The notes under the pieces are model-generated. The model had not been told where the DNA came from, did no database searches, and was given only the letters and a program-made list of their open reading frames with translations. Below are positions 1-6,148 of a stretch of DNA of 7,415 nucleotides, piece after piece. This DNA comes from a virus (Duplodnaviria; Heunggongvirae; Uroviricota; Caudoviricetes). Every line of letters begins with the position of its first letter. Position 1 is the stretch's first letter. Location: the IMG/VR virus record IMGVR_UViG_2706794698_000011, one strand, 5' to 3'. Made by a program: the position numbers and the translations under genes.

Positions 1-35
1 GGGGAATATCTCCCCGGCAGCCTTCAGGGAAAAAT

Positions 36-98
36 ATCATCAGATGGCTGCTTAAAAAAAGAACAAATGGTAGTGTCCGCTATTGCCAGTACACCTCA
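36..98. repeat. Left copy of 63-bp perfect inverted repeat (partner 7353-7415)
   Basis: Reverse complement of 7353-7415 is identical to 36-98; identity stops at pos 99 / 7352. The right copy is cut by the window end, so the repeat may be longer outward. Confidence 0.9.
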
Positions 99-297
99 TC
101 CATCACCGAAAAAAATTGGCTTTTACACCATTGGCGATAAAAGCATTTACCTGTATGACCTACGCCGCATGGATGAAATCATGGAGGCTCTTGATAATCG
201 TTCGTCGATGGATTGGTGTGTTGCTGTTCATGATATGAATGCAGGGTTTGATGAAAAGATTTTGTTCCCCTCATCAGTTGAAAGCACTGCGGGTTAA
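67..297 (+). CDS. Hypothetical small protein (76 aa)
   Basis: ORF with plausible enteric codon usage; no clear Shine-Dalgarno; first 10 codons lie inside the inverted repeat; its stop overlaps the SD of the next ORF. Confidence 0.4.
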   Translation: MVVSAIASTPHPSPKKIGFYTIGDKSIYLYDLRRMDEIMEALDNRSSMDWCVAVHDMNAGFDEKILFPSSVESTAG

Positions 298-307
298 GGA
301 GTAACAC

Positions 308-475
308 ATGACCACTATTACCAAAGAACGTATTGAATTGTTCATTAAAAACCCGCTTGAAAACGGGCTTACCCGTGGTGAACAAATGGAACTGGCACGG
401 ATTGCGCTGGCATCGCTGGAAGCAGAGCCGGTTGTGTTCTGGTTTGAAAAATATCAAGAAGGGGCTACGGCATGA
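308..475 (+). CDS. Hypothetical small protein (55 aa), paralogous to the next ORF
   Basis: ATG at 308 preceded by AGGAG (297-301); stop overlaps the next start as ATGA (472-475); shares an N-terminal MTT(I/F)T(K/R)E and an IAL(A/V)SL(E/A)AEP motif with ORF 472-816. Below the 60-aa cutoff of the ORF track. Confidence 0.55.
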   Translation: MTTITKERIELFIKNPLENGLTRGEQMELARIALASLEAEPVVFWFEKYQEGATA

Positions 476-816
476 CGACTTTTACCAGAGAGCAGTTAAT
501 AGCTCACGCAGAGGAGACTATTGAAGCACAGAGACTGTGCATACCGGGCACAATCGACCATGACATCATCCGCACATATAAGATGGATATTGCTGTTCTG
601 GAAATCGCACTGGTATCGCTGGCAGCAGAGCCAGCCGGTAAATTGCATGAATACAAACCAGTGGGATATCAGCGTCTGGTCGATGAGTTAACCATGCTGG
701 TAAAGCAGTTAACCTGGCAACTGAGGAAAGCGAAGCCAGACTGCAAATTACCGGATAAGGCGATGAGTTATCTGGAGCGGAACGGACTGATAAGCGTGGA
801 GGATATTTTACGATGA
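472..816 (+). CDS. Hypothetical phage protein (114 aa)
   Basis: ORF in the track; start overlaps the upstream stop (ATGA); shared motif with ORF 308-475 suggests tandem duplication. Confidence 0.6.
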   Translation: MTTFTREQLIAHAEETIEAQRLCIPGTIDHDIIRTYKMDIAVLEIALVSLAAEPAGKLHEYKPVGYQRLVDELTMLVKQLTWQLRKAKPDCKLPDKAMSYLERNGLISVEDILR

Positions 817-896
817 CCTGGCCTGAAGCATTAACAACGGTAGGAATTGCGATGGCGGTGGCGCTGGTGGTGTATTCGATTTGCCGCTGGGGATAA
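813..896 (+). CDS. Putative 27-aa hydrophobic (single transmembrane-like) peptide
   Basis: ATG 813 overlaps the upstream stop (ATGA); GGAGG at 798-802; sequence [27 protein letters not shown] is mostly hydrophobic. Confidence 0.4.
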   Translation: MTWPEALTTVGIAMAVALVVYSICRWG

Positions 897-903
897 AAAC
901 GGT

Positions 904-931
904 TTGCGGGAAAAGGAGAGTTAAGTAGAAT
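904..931 (+). promoter_or_regulatory. Candidate sigma70 promoter of the hok mRNA
   Basis: -35 TTGCGG (904-909), 16-nt spacer, -10 TAGAAT (926-931); predicted start near 938, giving an mRNA of about 415 nt to the terminator at 1353. Confidence 0.5.
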
Positions 932-999
932 TGCAGCGGGTGCTTGAGGCTATCTGTCTCAGGCATGAACACCAAAAGGCAGATAGAGAAAAGCCCCAG

Positions 1000-1059
1000 T
1001 TAACATTACGCGTCCGGCAAGACGCTTAACATTAATCTGAGGCTCAATCTATGAACGGC
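1000..1059 (-). ncRNA. sok: Candidate Sok-like antisense RNA (approximate ends)
   Basis: Minus-strand promoter inside mok: -35 TTGCCT (complement of 1089-1094), 17-nt spacer, -10 TAACCT (complement of 1066-1071); transcript would cover the mok start and SD; hairpin 1010-1025 on the antisense strand. Ends inferred, not measured. Confidence 0.4.
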
Positions 1060-1263
1060 AAATCTAGGTTAGCCTCTTACGTGCCGAAAGGCAAGGAGAA
1101 GCAGGCTATGAAGCAGCAAAAGGCGATGTTAATCGCCCTGATCGTCATCTGTTTAACCGTCATAGTGACGGCACTGGTAACGAGGAAAGACCTCTGCGAG
1201 GTACGAATTCGAACCGGCCAGACGGAGGTCGCTGTCTTCACAGCTTACGAACCTGAGGAGTAA
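1051..1263 (+). CDS. mok: mok-like overlapping reading frame (modulator of killing)
   Basis: 70-codon ORF whose last 51 codons are hok in the same frame; GAGG at 1039-1042; architecture matches the hok/mok/sok loci. Confidence 0.6.
   Translation: MNGKSRLASYVPKGKEKQAMKQQKAMLIALIVICLTVIVTALVTRKDLCEVRIRTGQTEVAVFTAYEPEE
1108..1263 (+). CDS. hok: Hok/Gef-family type I toxin (51 aa)
   Basis: MKQQKAMLIALIVICLTVIVTALVTRKDLCEVRIRTGQTEVAVFTAYEPEE carries the Hok signature (TM helix, TRK.LCE.R.R.G..EVA.F.AYE); AGGAG at 1094-1098. Confidence 0.9.
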   Translation: MKQQKAMLIALIVICLTVIVTALVTRKDLCEVRIRTGQTEVAVFTAYEPEE

Positions 1264-1332
1264 GAGACCAGGCGGGGGAGAAATCCCTCGCCACCTCTGA
1301 TGGGGCAGGCATCCTCAATGCACCCACACTTA

Positions 1333-1353
1333 ACCCGCTTCGGCGGGTTTTTG
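1333..1353 (+). terminator. Intrinsic terminator of the hok mRNA
   Basis: 6-bp stem ACCCGC/GCGGGT with TTCG loop followed by a T-run (1348-1360). Confidence 0.8.
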
Positions 1354-1483
1354 TTTTTATTTTCAACGCGTTTGAAGTTTTAGATGGTGCCGGAATAGAA
1401 TCAAAAATACTTAAGTAGCGCGCAGGGAGAAGAGGGATGGACCCCGAACAGGGGAGTGCTATTTATCTGGAAGGATTCTGTTG

Positions 1484-1765
1484 ATGAAAATCGAAGAATT
1501 ACGTGAAATTTTTAGTGAAGATGGCCTCTATACTGTGCGCGTTGAGAATGGCGCTATTGTCAGCCACTGCCTTCCAGACTACACAATTCTGATAATTCAG
1601 CCGTCTTTGCCAGCAGGCACGGGCGGCGCTCTCACGCATTTAAATCTGATTGGTACCAGCATCCCCCATGCACTGAAGAACAGGCCGAATGGCTCATTCA
1701 GTGTTACCGCAGGCGCGGATGCGAGGTTAAAAAAGCCCTTAGCCTCGACTACCGTCACTGGATAA
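1484..1765 (+). CDS. Hypothetical small protein (93 aa in the zero frame; possible 118-aa form ending at 1839 after a -1 shift at 1729-1735)
   Basis: ATG 1484 with AAGGA 8 nt upstream; the -1 frame is open from 1546 to a TAA at 1837-1839 that overlaps the next gene start (TAATGTG). Confidence 0.55.
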   Translation: MKIEELREIFSEDGLYTVRVENGAIVSHCLPDYTILIIQPSLPAGTGGALTHLNLIGTSIPHALKNRPNGSFSVTAGADARLKKPLASTTVTG

Positions 1766-1840
1766 TCTCCGTCAGGCTCCCTTACTCCGAACGGCCAACG
1801 CGTCCGTCCCGCACATTCCAGCAACGGATCTGGAGGTAAT

Positions 1841-2899
1841 GTGCGGGTATTACTTCGACCTGTTCTGGTACCGGAACTCGGTCTGGTTATCGTTAAGCCA
1901 GGCCGTGAATCAATGTCAGCATTCCATAACGGCAGAATACTGGTGGAGCCGGAACCAAAAAGCATGCGTAATCTGCCGTCCGGGGTCGTTCCTGCCGCTC
2001 GCCAGCCGCTGGTGGAAGACAAAACATTGCTGCCGTTTTTCAGTAACGCACGGGTGATTCGTGCTGCTGGTGGTGCTGGTGCATTGTCTGACTGGCTGTT
2101 GCGCCATATTAAATCCTGCCAGTGGCCACACGGCGATTATCATCACAGCGAAACCGTCATTCACCGTTATGGTACCGGCGCAATGGTGTTGTGCTGGCAC
2201 TGCGACAACCAGCTGCGTGACCAGACATCCGAATCACTCGAGCAACTTGCTCATCAAAACCTGTCAGCATGGATGATTGACGTCATCGGTCACGCAATAA
2301 GCGGTACGCAGGAGCGTGAATTATCTCTGGCTGAATTATCCTGGTGGGCGGTCCGCAATCAGGTGGCGGACGCGCTACCGGAAGCGGTATTACGTCGTTC
2401 GCTGGGGTTGCGTGCGGAAAAAATTCGCTCTGTGTACAGTGAAAGCGACATCATACCGGGAGAGCAGACAGCCACCAGCATACTGAAGCAGCGCACAAAA
2501 AATATTGCGTTACTGCCTCACGTCCACCAGCAACAGAACCCACCACAGGAAAAGACGGTGGTCAGCATTGCCGTTGATCCGGAGTCACCGGCTCAGTATC
2601 TCCAGCGCCAGAAATCACAACGGGAAGAGATGCCTGTATACACGCGCTGGGTAAAAACGCAGAAATGCATGACGTGTGGCAATCAGGCAGATGATCCGCA
2701 TCACATCATTGGTCATGGACTGGGAGGGATGGGAACAAAGGCTGATGATTTGTTTGTTATTCCGTTATGCCGTAAATGCCGTAACGAACTACATGCCGGA
2801 GTAAAAGATTTTGAAGAGAAACACGGCAGTCAGCTGTTGTTGCTGATTCGTTTTTTAATGCACGCGAGAAATTCGGGTGTTCTGAAGTGGAAAGCATAA
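1841..2899 (+). CDS. DUF968/NinG-like phage protein with C-terminal Cys/His (HNH or zinc-ribbon-like) cluster, 352 aa
   Basis: Long ORF with enteric codon usage; GTG 1841 preceded by GGAGG (1832-1836); C-terminus CMTCGNQADDPHHIIGHGLGGMGTKADDLFVIPLCRKCRNELH resembles the metal-binding motif of NinG/YbcO-type phage proteins. Family assignment is from memory. Confidence 0.6.
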   Translation: MRVLLRPVLVPELGLVIVKPGRESMSAFHNGRILVEPEPKSMRNLPSGVVPAARQPLVEDKTLLPFFSNARVIRAAGGAGALSDWLLRHIKSCQWPHGDYHHSETVIHRYGTGAMVLCWHCDNQLRDQTSESLEQLAHQNLSAWMIDVIGHAISGTQERELSLAELSWWAVRNQVADALPEAVLRRSLGLRAEKIRSVYSESDIIPGEQTATSILKQRTKNIALLPHVHQQQNPPQEKTVVSIAVDPESPAQYLQRQKSQREEMPVYTRWVKTQKCMTCGNQADDPHHIIGHGLGGMGTKADDLFVIPLCRKCRNELHAGVKDFEEKHGSQLLLLIRFLMHARNSGVLKWKA

Positions 2900-3280
2900 A
2901 TGACCGAGCGCATAGAATTTGTTTTACCTTACCCGCCGACGGTGAACACTTACTGGCGTCGTCGTGGCAGCACATATTTTGTATCAAAAGCCGGGGAGCG
3001 TTATCGCCGGGCAGTGGCGCTTATTGTTCGCCAGCAGCGGCTGAAATTAAGCCTGTCCGGAAGGTTGGCAATAAAAATTATTGCAGAACCACCGGATAAG
3101 CGCCGCCGTGACCTGGACAATATTCTGAAAGCGCCGCTGGATGCGCTGACGCATGCGGGGTTGCTAATGGACGATGAGCAGTTTGATGAAATCAATATCG
3201 TTCGTGCTCAGCCAGTATCTGGTGGACGTCTGGGGGTGAAGATTTATCCCATAATGCTTGAAGGGCAGGTCAAAAAATGA
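2900..3280 (+). CDS. rusA: RusA-family Holliday junction resolvase (126 aa)
   Basis: LPYPPTVN...PDKRRRDLDNILKAPLDALTHAGLLMDDEQ matches RusA conserved blocks including the catalytic acidic residues (DLDN, DD); start abuts the upstream stop. Confidence 0.85.
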   Translation: MTERIEFVLPYPPTVNTYWRRRGSTYFVSKAGERYRRAVALIVRQQRLKLSLSGRLAIKIIAEPPDKRRRDLDNILKAPLDALTHAGLLMDDEQFDEINIVRAQPVSGGRLGVKIYPIMLEGQVKK

Positions 3281-4026
3281 AACTGGAAGATTTACCGAAA
3301 TACTACTCCCCAAAATCCCCCGGCCTGACTGATGCATCGGCCTCAACGTCGAAAGATGCGCTGAGTATCACTGATGTGATGGCCGCGCAGGGCATGACAC
3401 AGAATCGGGCTGAGATGGGGGTTTCTGCGTTCCTTGGGAAAATGGGCATTAGTATGAATGACAGAGAGCGGGCAACAGAATTGCTGACAGAATATGCACT
3501 CAGTCGGTGTGATCGCGTGGCGGCGTTAAGAAAACTCCCGGCAGAAATAAAACCGGCAGTGATGCGTATTATGGCTTCGTATGCGTTTGAAGATTATGCC
3601 CGTAGCGCGGCGAGCAAAAAACANNNNNNNNNNNNNNNNNNNNNNNNNNNNNNNNNNNNNNNNNNNNNNNNNNNNNNNNNNNNNNNNNNNNNNNNNNNNN
3701 NNNNNNNNNNNNNNNNNNNNNNNNNNNNNNNNNNNNNNNNNNNNNNNNNNNNNNNNNNNNNNNNNNNNNNNNNNNNNNNNNNNNNNNNNNNNNNNNNNNN
3801 NNNNNNNNNNNNNNNNNNNNNNNNNNNNNNNNNNNNNNNNNNNNNNNNNNNNNNNNNNNNNNNNNNNNNNNNNNNNNNNNNNNNNNNNNNNATATGCGAG
3901 GTGACAAACCAGATAACACGCGCGTCATGGGAAAAAACAGTTAAGAAATTTTATGATGCGCTGGTGACCCGGTTTGATATTGAAGAAGCATGGGCTGAGC
4001 GGCAGTTAAAAAAGGTAACTAGGTAA
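3277..4026 (+). CDS. Q: Lambda-Q-family late antitermination protein (central 268 nt masked)
   Basis: N-terminus KYYSPKSPGLTD...DVMAAQGM and C-terminus KTVKKFYDALVTRFDIEE...KKVTR parallel lambda Q (FHSPKSP..., TVKPLYDALV...AVTR); ATGA overlap with rusA; frame is maintained across the mask 3624-3891. Confidence 0.8.
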   Translation: MKLEDLPKYYSPKSPGLTDASASTSKDALSITDVMAAQGMTQNRAEMGVSAFLGKMGISMNDRERATELLTEYALSRCDRVAALRKLPAEIKPAVMRIMASYAFEDYARSAASKKXXXXXXXXXXXXXXXXXXXXXXXXXXXXXXXXXXXXXXXXXXXXXXXXXXXXXXXXXXXXXXXXXXXXXXXXXXXXXXXXXXXXXXXXXXICEVTNQITRASWEKTVKKFYDALVTRFDIEEAWAERQLKKVTR

Positions 4027-4031
4027 CAAGG

Positions 4032-4059
4032 TTGATTTTTCCGGAATCTGTGGTAAATT
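4032..4059 (+). promoter_or_regulatory. Candidate late promoter (pR'-like) with probable Q-utilisation region just downstream
   Basis: -35 TTGATT (4032-4037), 16-nt spacer, extended -10 TGG-TAAATT (4051-4059), placed immediately after Q as in lambdoid phages. Confidence 0.5.
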
Positions 4060-4107
4060 CGTTATAACGATGGGCGTTTTATGCCTGACGTTAGAAGAGT
4101 TTCTACA

Positions 4108-4131
4108 ACCCGCCGCCGAGCGGGTTTTTTA
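4108..4131 (+). terminator. Intrinsic terminator (tR'-like) downstream of the late promoter
   Basis: Stem ACCCGC/GCGGGT (4108-4113 / 4120-4125) with a 6-nt loop, followed by TTTTTT. Confidence 0.75.
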
Positions 4132-4250
4132 TGACTGAAATCGCGTCAGTACAGTAAACGCGCTGGTGGCGGTGAATACCTGTCTTTCAGCTTGCTGGCT
4201 TTTTCGACAAGAGTTATTGGTGTGTCACGTTAACCGGAAAAGGAAAAGAC

Positions 4251-4448
4251 ATGCTAAAACAGCAGGATATGACAGAAACCGCCAGAGTGGTGTTTAATGA
4301 ATTAAGCGTTACCGAACCGGCGACAGTCGGGGAGATAGCGCAGAATACTTACCTTTCACGCGAACGCTGCCAGTTAATACTGACCCAGCTGGTTATGGCG
4401 GGTCTGGCAGACTATCAGTTCGGTTGTTACAGACGCCTTCCGCAGTGA
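4251..4448 (+). CDS. Small putative winged-helix DNA-binding protein (65 aa), possibly PapI/FaeA-like
   Basis: AAAGGAAAAG RBS; TVGEIAQNTYLSRERCQLILTQLVMAGLA resembles a helix-turn-helix recognition region; family resemblance is by eye only. Confidence 0.5.
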   Translation: MLKQQDMTETARVVFNELSVTEPATVGEIAQNTYLSRERCQLILTQLVMAGLADYQFGCYRRLPQ

Positions 4449-4461
4449 AGGCTTTTTTATT
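4435..4461 (+). terminator. Intrinsic terminator overlapping the stop codon of ORF 4251-4448
   Basis: Stem GCCTTC/GAAGGC (4435-4440 / 4447-4452), loop CGCAGT, followed by TTTTTTATTT. Confidence 0.75.
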
Positions 4462-4476
4462 TGTGGTAAATGGGCG

Positions 4477-4505
4477 GCTGGTGGGTGTTAGGGGCACCCA
4501 CCAGC
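4477..4505. repeat. Perfect 11-bp stem-loop carrying a Chi octamer on each arm
   Basis: GCTGGTGGGTG (4477-4487), loop TTAGGGG, CACCCACCAGC (4495-4505); no downstream T-run. Confidence 0.7.
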
Positions 4506-4858
4506 CATCTGCTCATGCGTTGGGTTCACAAGCAAACCTCAGGCCCACTGCTTTGCGCAAAAGCAGAATGAGCCTATCAGAGACAGGCTTAATGATCCAT
4601 GCTTAATANNNNNNNNNNNNNNNNNNNNNNNNNNNNNNNNNNNNNNNNNNNNNNNNNNNNNNNNNNNNNNNNNNNNNNNNNNNNNNNNNNNNNNNNNNNN
4701 NNNNNNNNNNNNNNNNNNNNNNNNNNNNNNNNNNNNNNNNNNNNNNNNNNNNNNNNNNNNNNNNNNNNNNNNNNNNNNNNNNNNNNNNNNNNNNNNNNNN
4801 NNNNNNNNNNNNNNNNNNNNNNNNNNNNNNNNNNNNNNNNNNNNNNNNNNNNNNNNNN

Positions 4859-5661
4859 CATCTGATATCGAAATCATGATGCGTGAACGCTTCAGTGTGC
4901 TGAACCATATTATCTGGGCGAAGCCGTCCGGACGCTGGAACGGATGCAACAAGGAAAGCCTGCGGGCGTATTTCCCCGCCACAGAGCGCATTCTGTTCGC
5001 GGAACATTATCAGGGGCCGTATCGTCCGAAAGATGCCGGGTATGCGGCGAAGGGCAGTGCACTGAAACAGCATGTGATGGCCCCGCTGATTTCTTACTTT
5101 CGTGATGCGCGAGCTGCCCTGGGGATAACGGCAAAACAGATTGCAGATGCCACAGGAAAGAAAAACATGGCGTCGCACTGGTTCAGTGCCGGTCAGTGGC
5201 AGTTGCCGAATGAAAGCGATTATCTGAAATTACAGGCGCTGTTTGCCCGGGTGGCAGAAGAGAAGCATCGGCGTGGTGAACTGGAAAAGCTCCACCACCA
5301 GCTGGTGGATACGTATACCTCACTGAACCGGCAGTATGCGGAGCTGCTGAGTGAATATAAACATCTGCGGCGGTATTTTGGCGTGACGGTGCAGGTGCCG
5401 TATACCGATGTGTGGACGCATAAACCGGTGCAGTTCTATCCCGGGAAACATCCGTGCGAAAAACCGGCAGAAATGCTGCAGCAGATAATCAGCGCTAGCA
5501 GTCGTCCGGGTGACCTGATTGCAGATTTTTTCATGGGGTTGGGTTCGACAGTGAAAGCGGCACTGGCGCTCGGGCGTCGTGCAATTGGCGTTGAGCTGGA
5601 GACTGAACGTTTTGAGCAGACGGTTCGGGAAGTACAGGATTTAGTCAGCCAGAACGGATGA
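4859..5661 (+). CDS. DNA amino-methyltransferase (N6-adenine/N4-cytosine type), 3' portion; N-terminus inside mask 4609-4858
   Basis: HPCEKP followed by DFFMGLGST (FxGxG AdoMet motif) near the C-terminus, the arrangement of beta-class amino-MTases; frame is open back to the mask with no start codon between 4492 and 4608, so the start is probably masked. Confidence 0.75.
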
Positions 5662-5700
5662 TATTGAAGAATTAATTACGCGTCGTTATTATGCGGCTCC

Positions 5701-5776
5701 CGGCCCTTTAGCTCAGTGGTGAGAGCGAGCGACTCATAATCGCCAGGTCGCTGGTTCAAATCCAGCAAGGGCCACC
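5701..5776 (+). tRNA. tRNA with CAU anticodon, closest by eye to tRNA-Ile2 (lysidine) of the ileX type; tRNA-Met not excluded
   Basis: Full cloverleaf can be drawn: acceptor GGCCCTT/AAGGGCC, D-arm GCTC...GAGC, anticodon loop CTCATAA, T-arm GCTGG-TTCAAAT-CCAGC, 3' ACCA. Confidence 0.85.
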
Positions 5777-5783
5777 ATCACAT

Positions 5784-5818
5784 ACCGCCATTAGCTCATC
5801 AGGAAAGAGCGCCAGCCT
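5784..5818 (+). tRNA. Probable 5' part of a second tRNA running into mask 5819-6068
   Basis: TAGCTC D-stem with GAGC partner (5793-5796 / 5806-5809), then CCAGC-CT consistent with an anticodon stem and C32-U33; anticodon masked. Confidence 0.35.
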
Positions 5819-6148
5819 NNNNNNNNNNNNNNNNNNNNNNNNNNNNNNNNNNNNNNNNNNNNNNNNNNNNNNNNNNNNNNNNNNNNNNNNNNNNNNNNNN
5901 NNNNNNNNNNNNNNNNNNNNNNNNNNNNNNNNNNNNNNNNNNNNNNNNNNNNNNNNNNNNNNNNNNNNNNNNNNNNNNNNNNNNNNNNNNNNNNNNNNNN
6001 NNNNNNNNNNNNNNNNNNNNNNNNNNNNNNNNNNNNNNNNNNNNNNNNNNNNNNNNNNNNNNNNNNNNTTTTAAATACTTCACAATTCAGGCGGTTGACT
6101 GTTGTCTGGTTTGCGGGGAGTTTGTTAAAAGAAACTGGCATGGTGAAT

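Noticed and set aside
1-15. Hairpin GGGGA-ATATC-TCCCC at the extreme left end
   Set aside because: Not followed by a T-run and cut by the window edge; cannot be told apart from a chance palindrome.
179-524. ORFs 179-457 (minus) and 333-524 (plus)
   Set aside because: They overlap the better-supported coupled ORFs 67-297, 308-475 and 472-816 in other frames or antisense, and lack ribosome-binding sites.
1839-2057. 72-aa + strand ORF rich in Trp and Cys starting at ATG 1839
   Set aside because: It lies in the +1 frame of the DUF968-like gene; its TGG and TGC codons are what CTG-rich real codons produce when read out of frame, and it dead-ends at 2057 while the 1841 frame continues with protein-like sequence and good codon usage.
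1597-2276. Minus-strand ORFs 1597-2022 and 1916-2200, and plus ORF 2061-2276
   Set aside because: Antisense or out of frame relative to the long DUF968-like coding frame; typical shadow ORFs in GC-rich coding DNA.
2757-3346. Minus-strand ORFs 2757-2987, 3001-3195, 3164-3346 and plus ORF 2887-3099
   Set aside because: Overlap the confidently assigned rusA and Q coding regions on the opposite strand or in another frame.
4424-4606. 60-aa + strand ORF 4424-4606
   Set aside because: Starts inside the previous gene, runs through an intrinsic terminator and two strong hairpins, and has no SD; most likely non-coding spacer.
4603-5178. Minus-strand ORFs 4539-4991, 4603-5178 and 4910-5134
   Set aside because: Antisense to the methyltransferase frame, which has recognisable catalytic motifs, and partly made of masked N translated as X.
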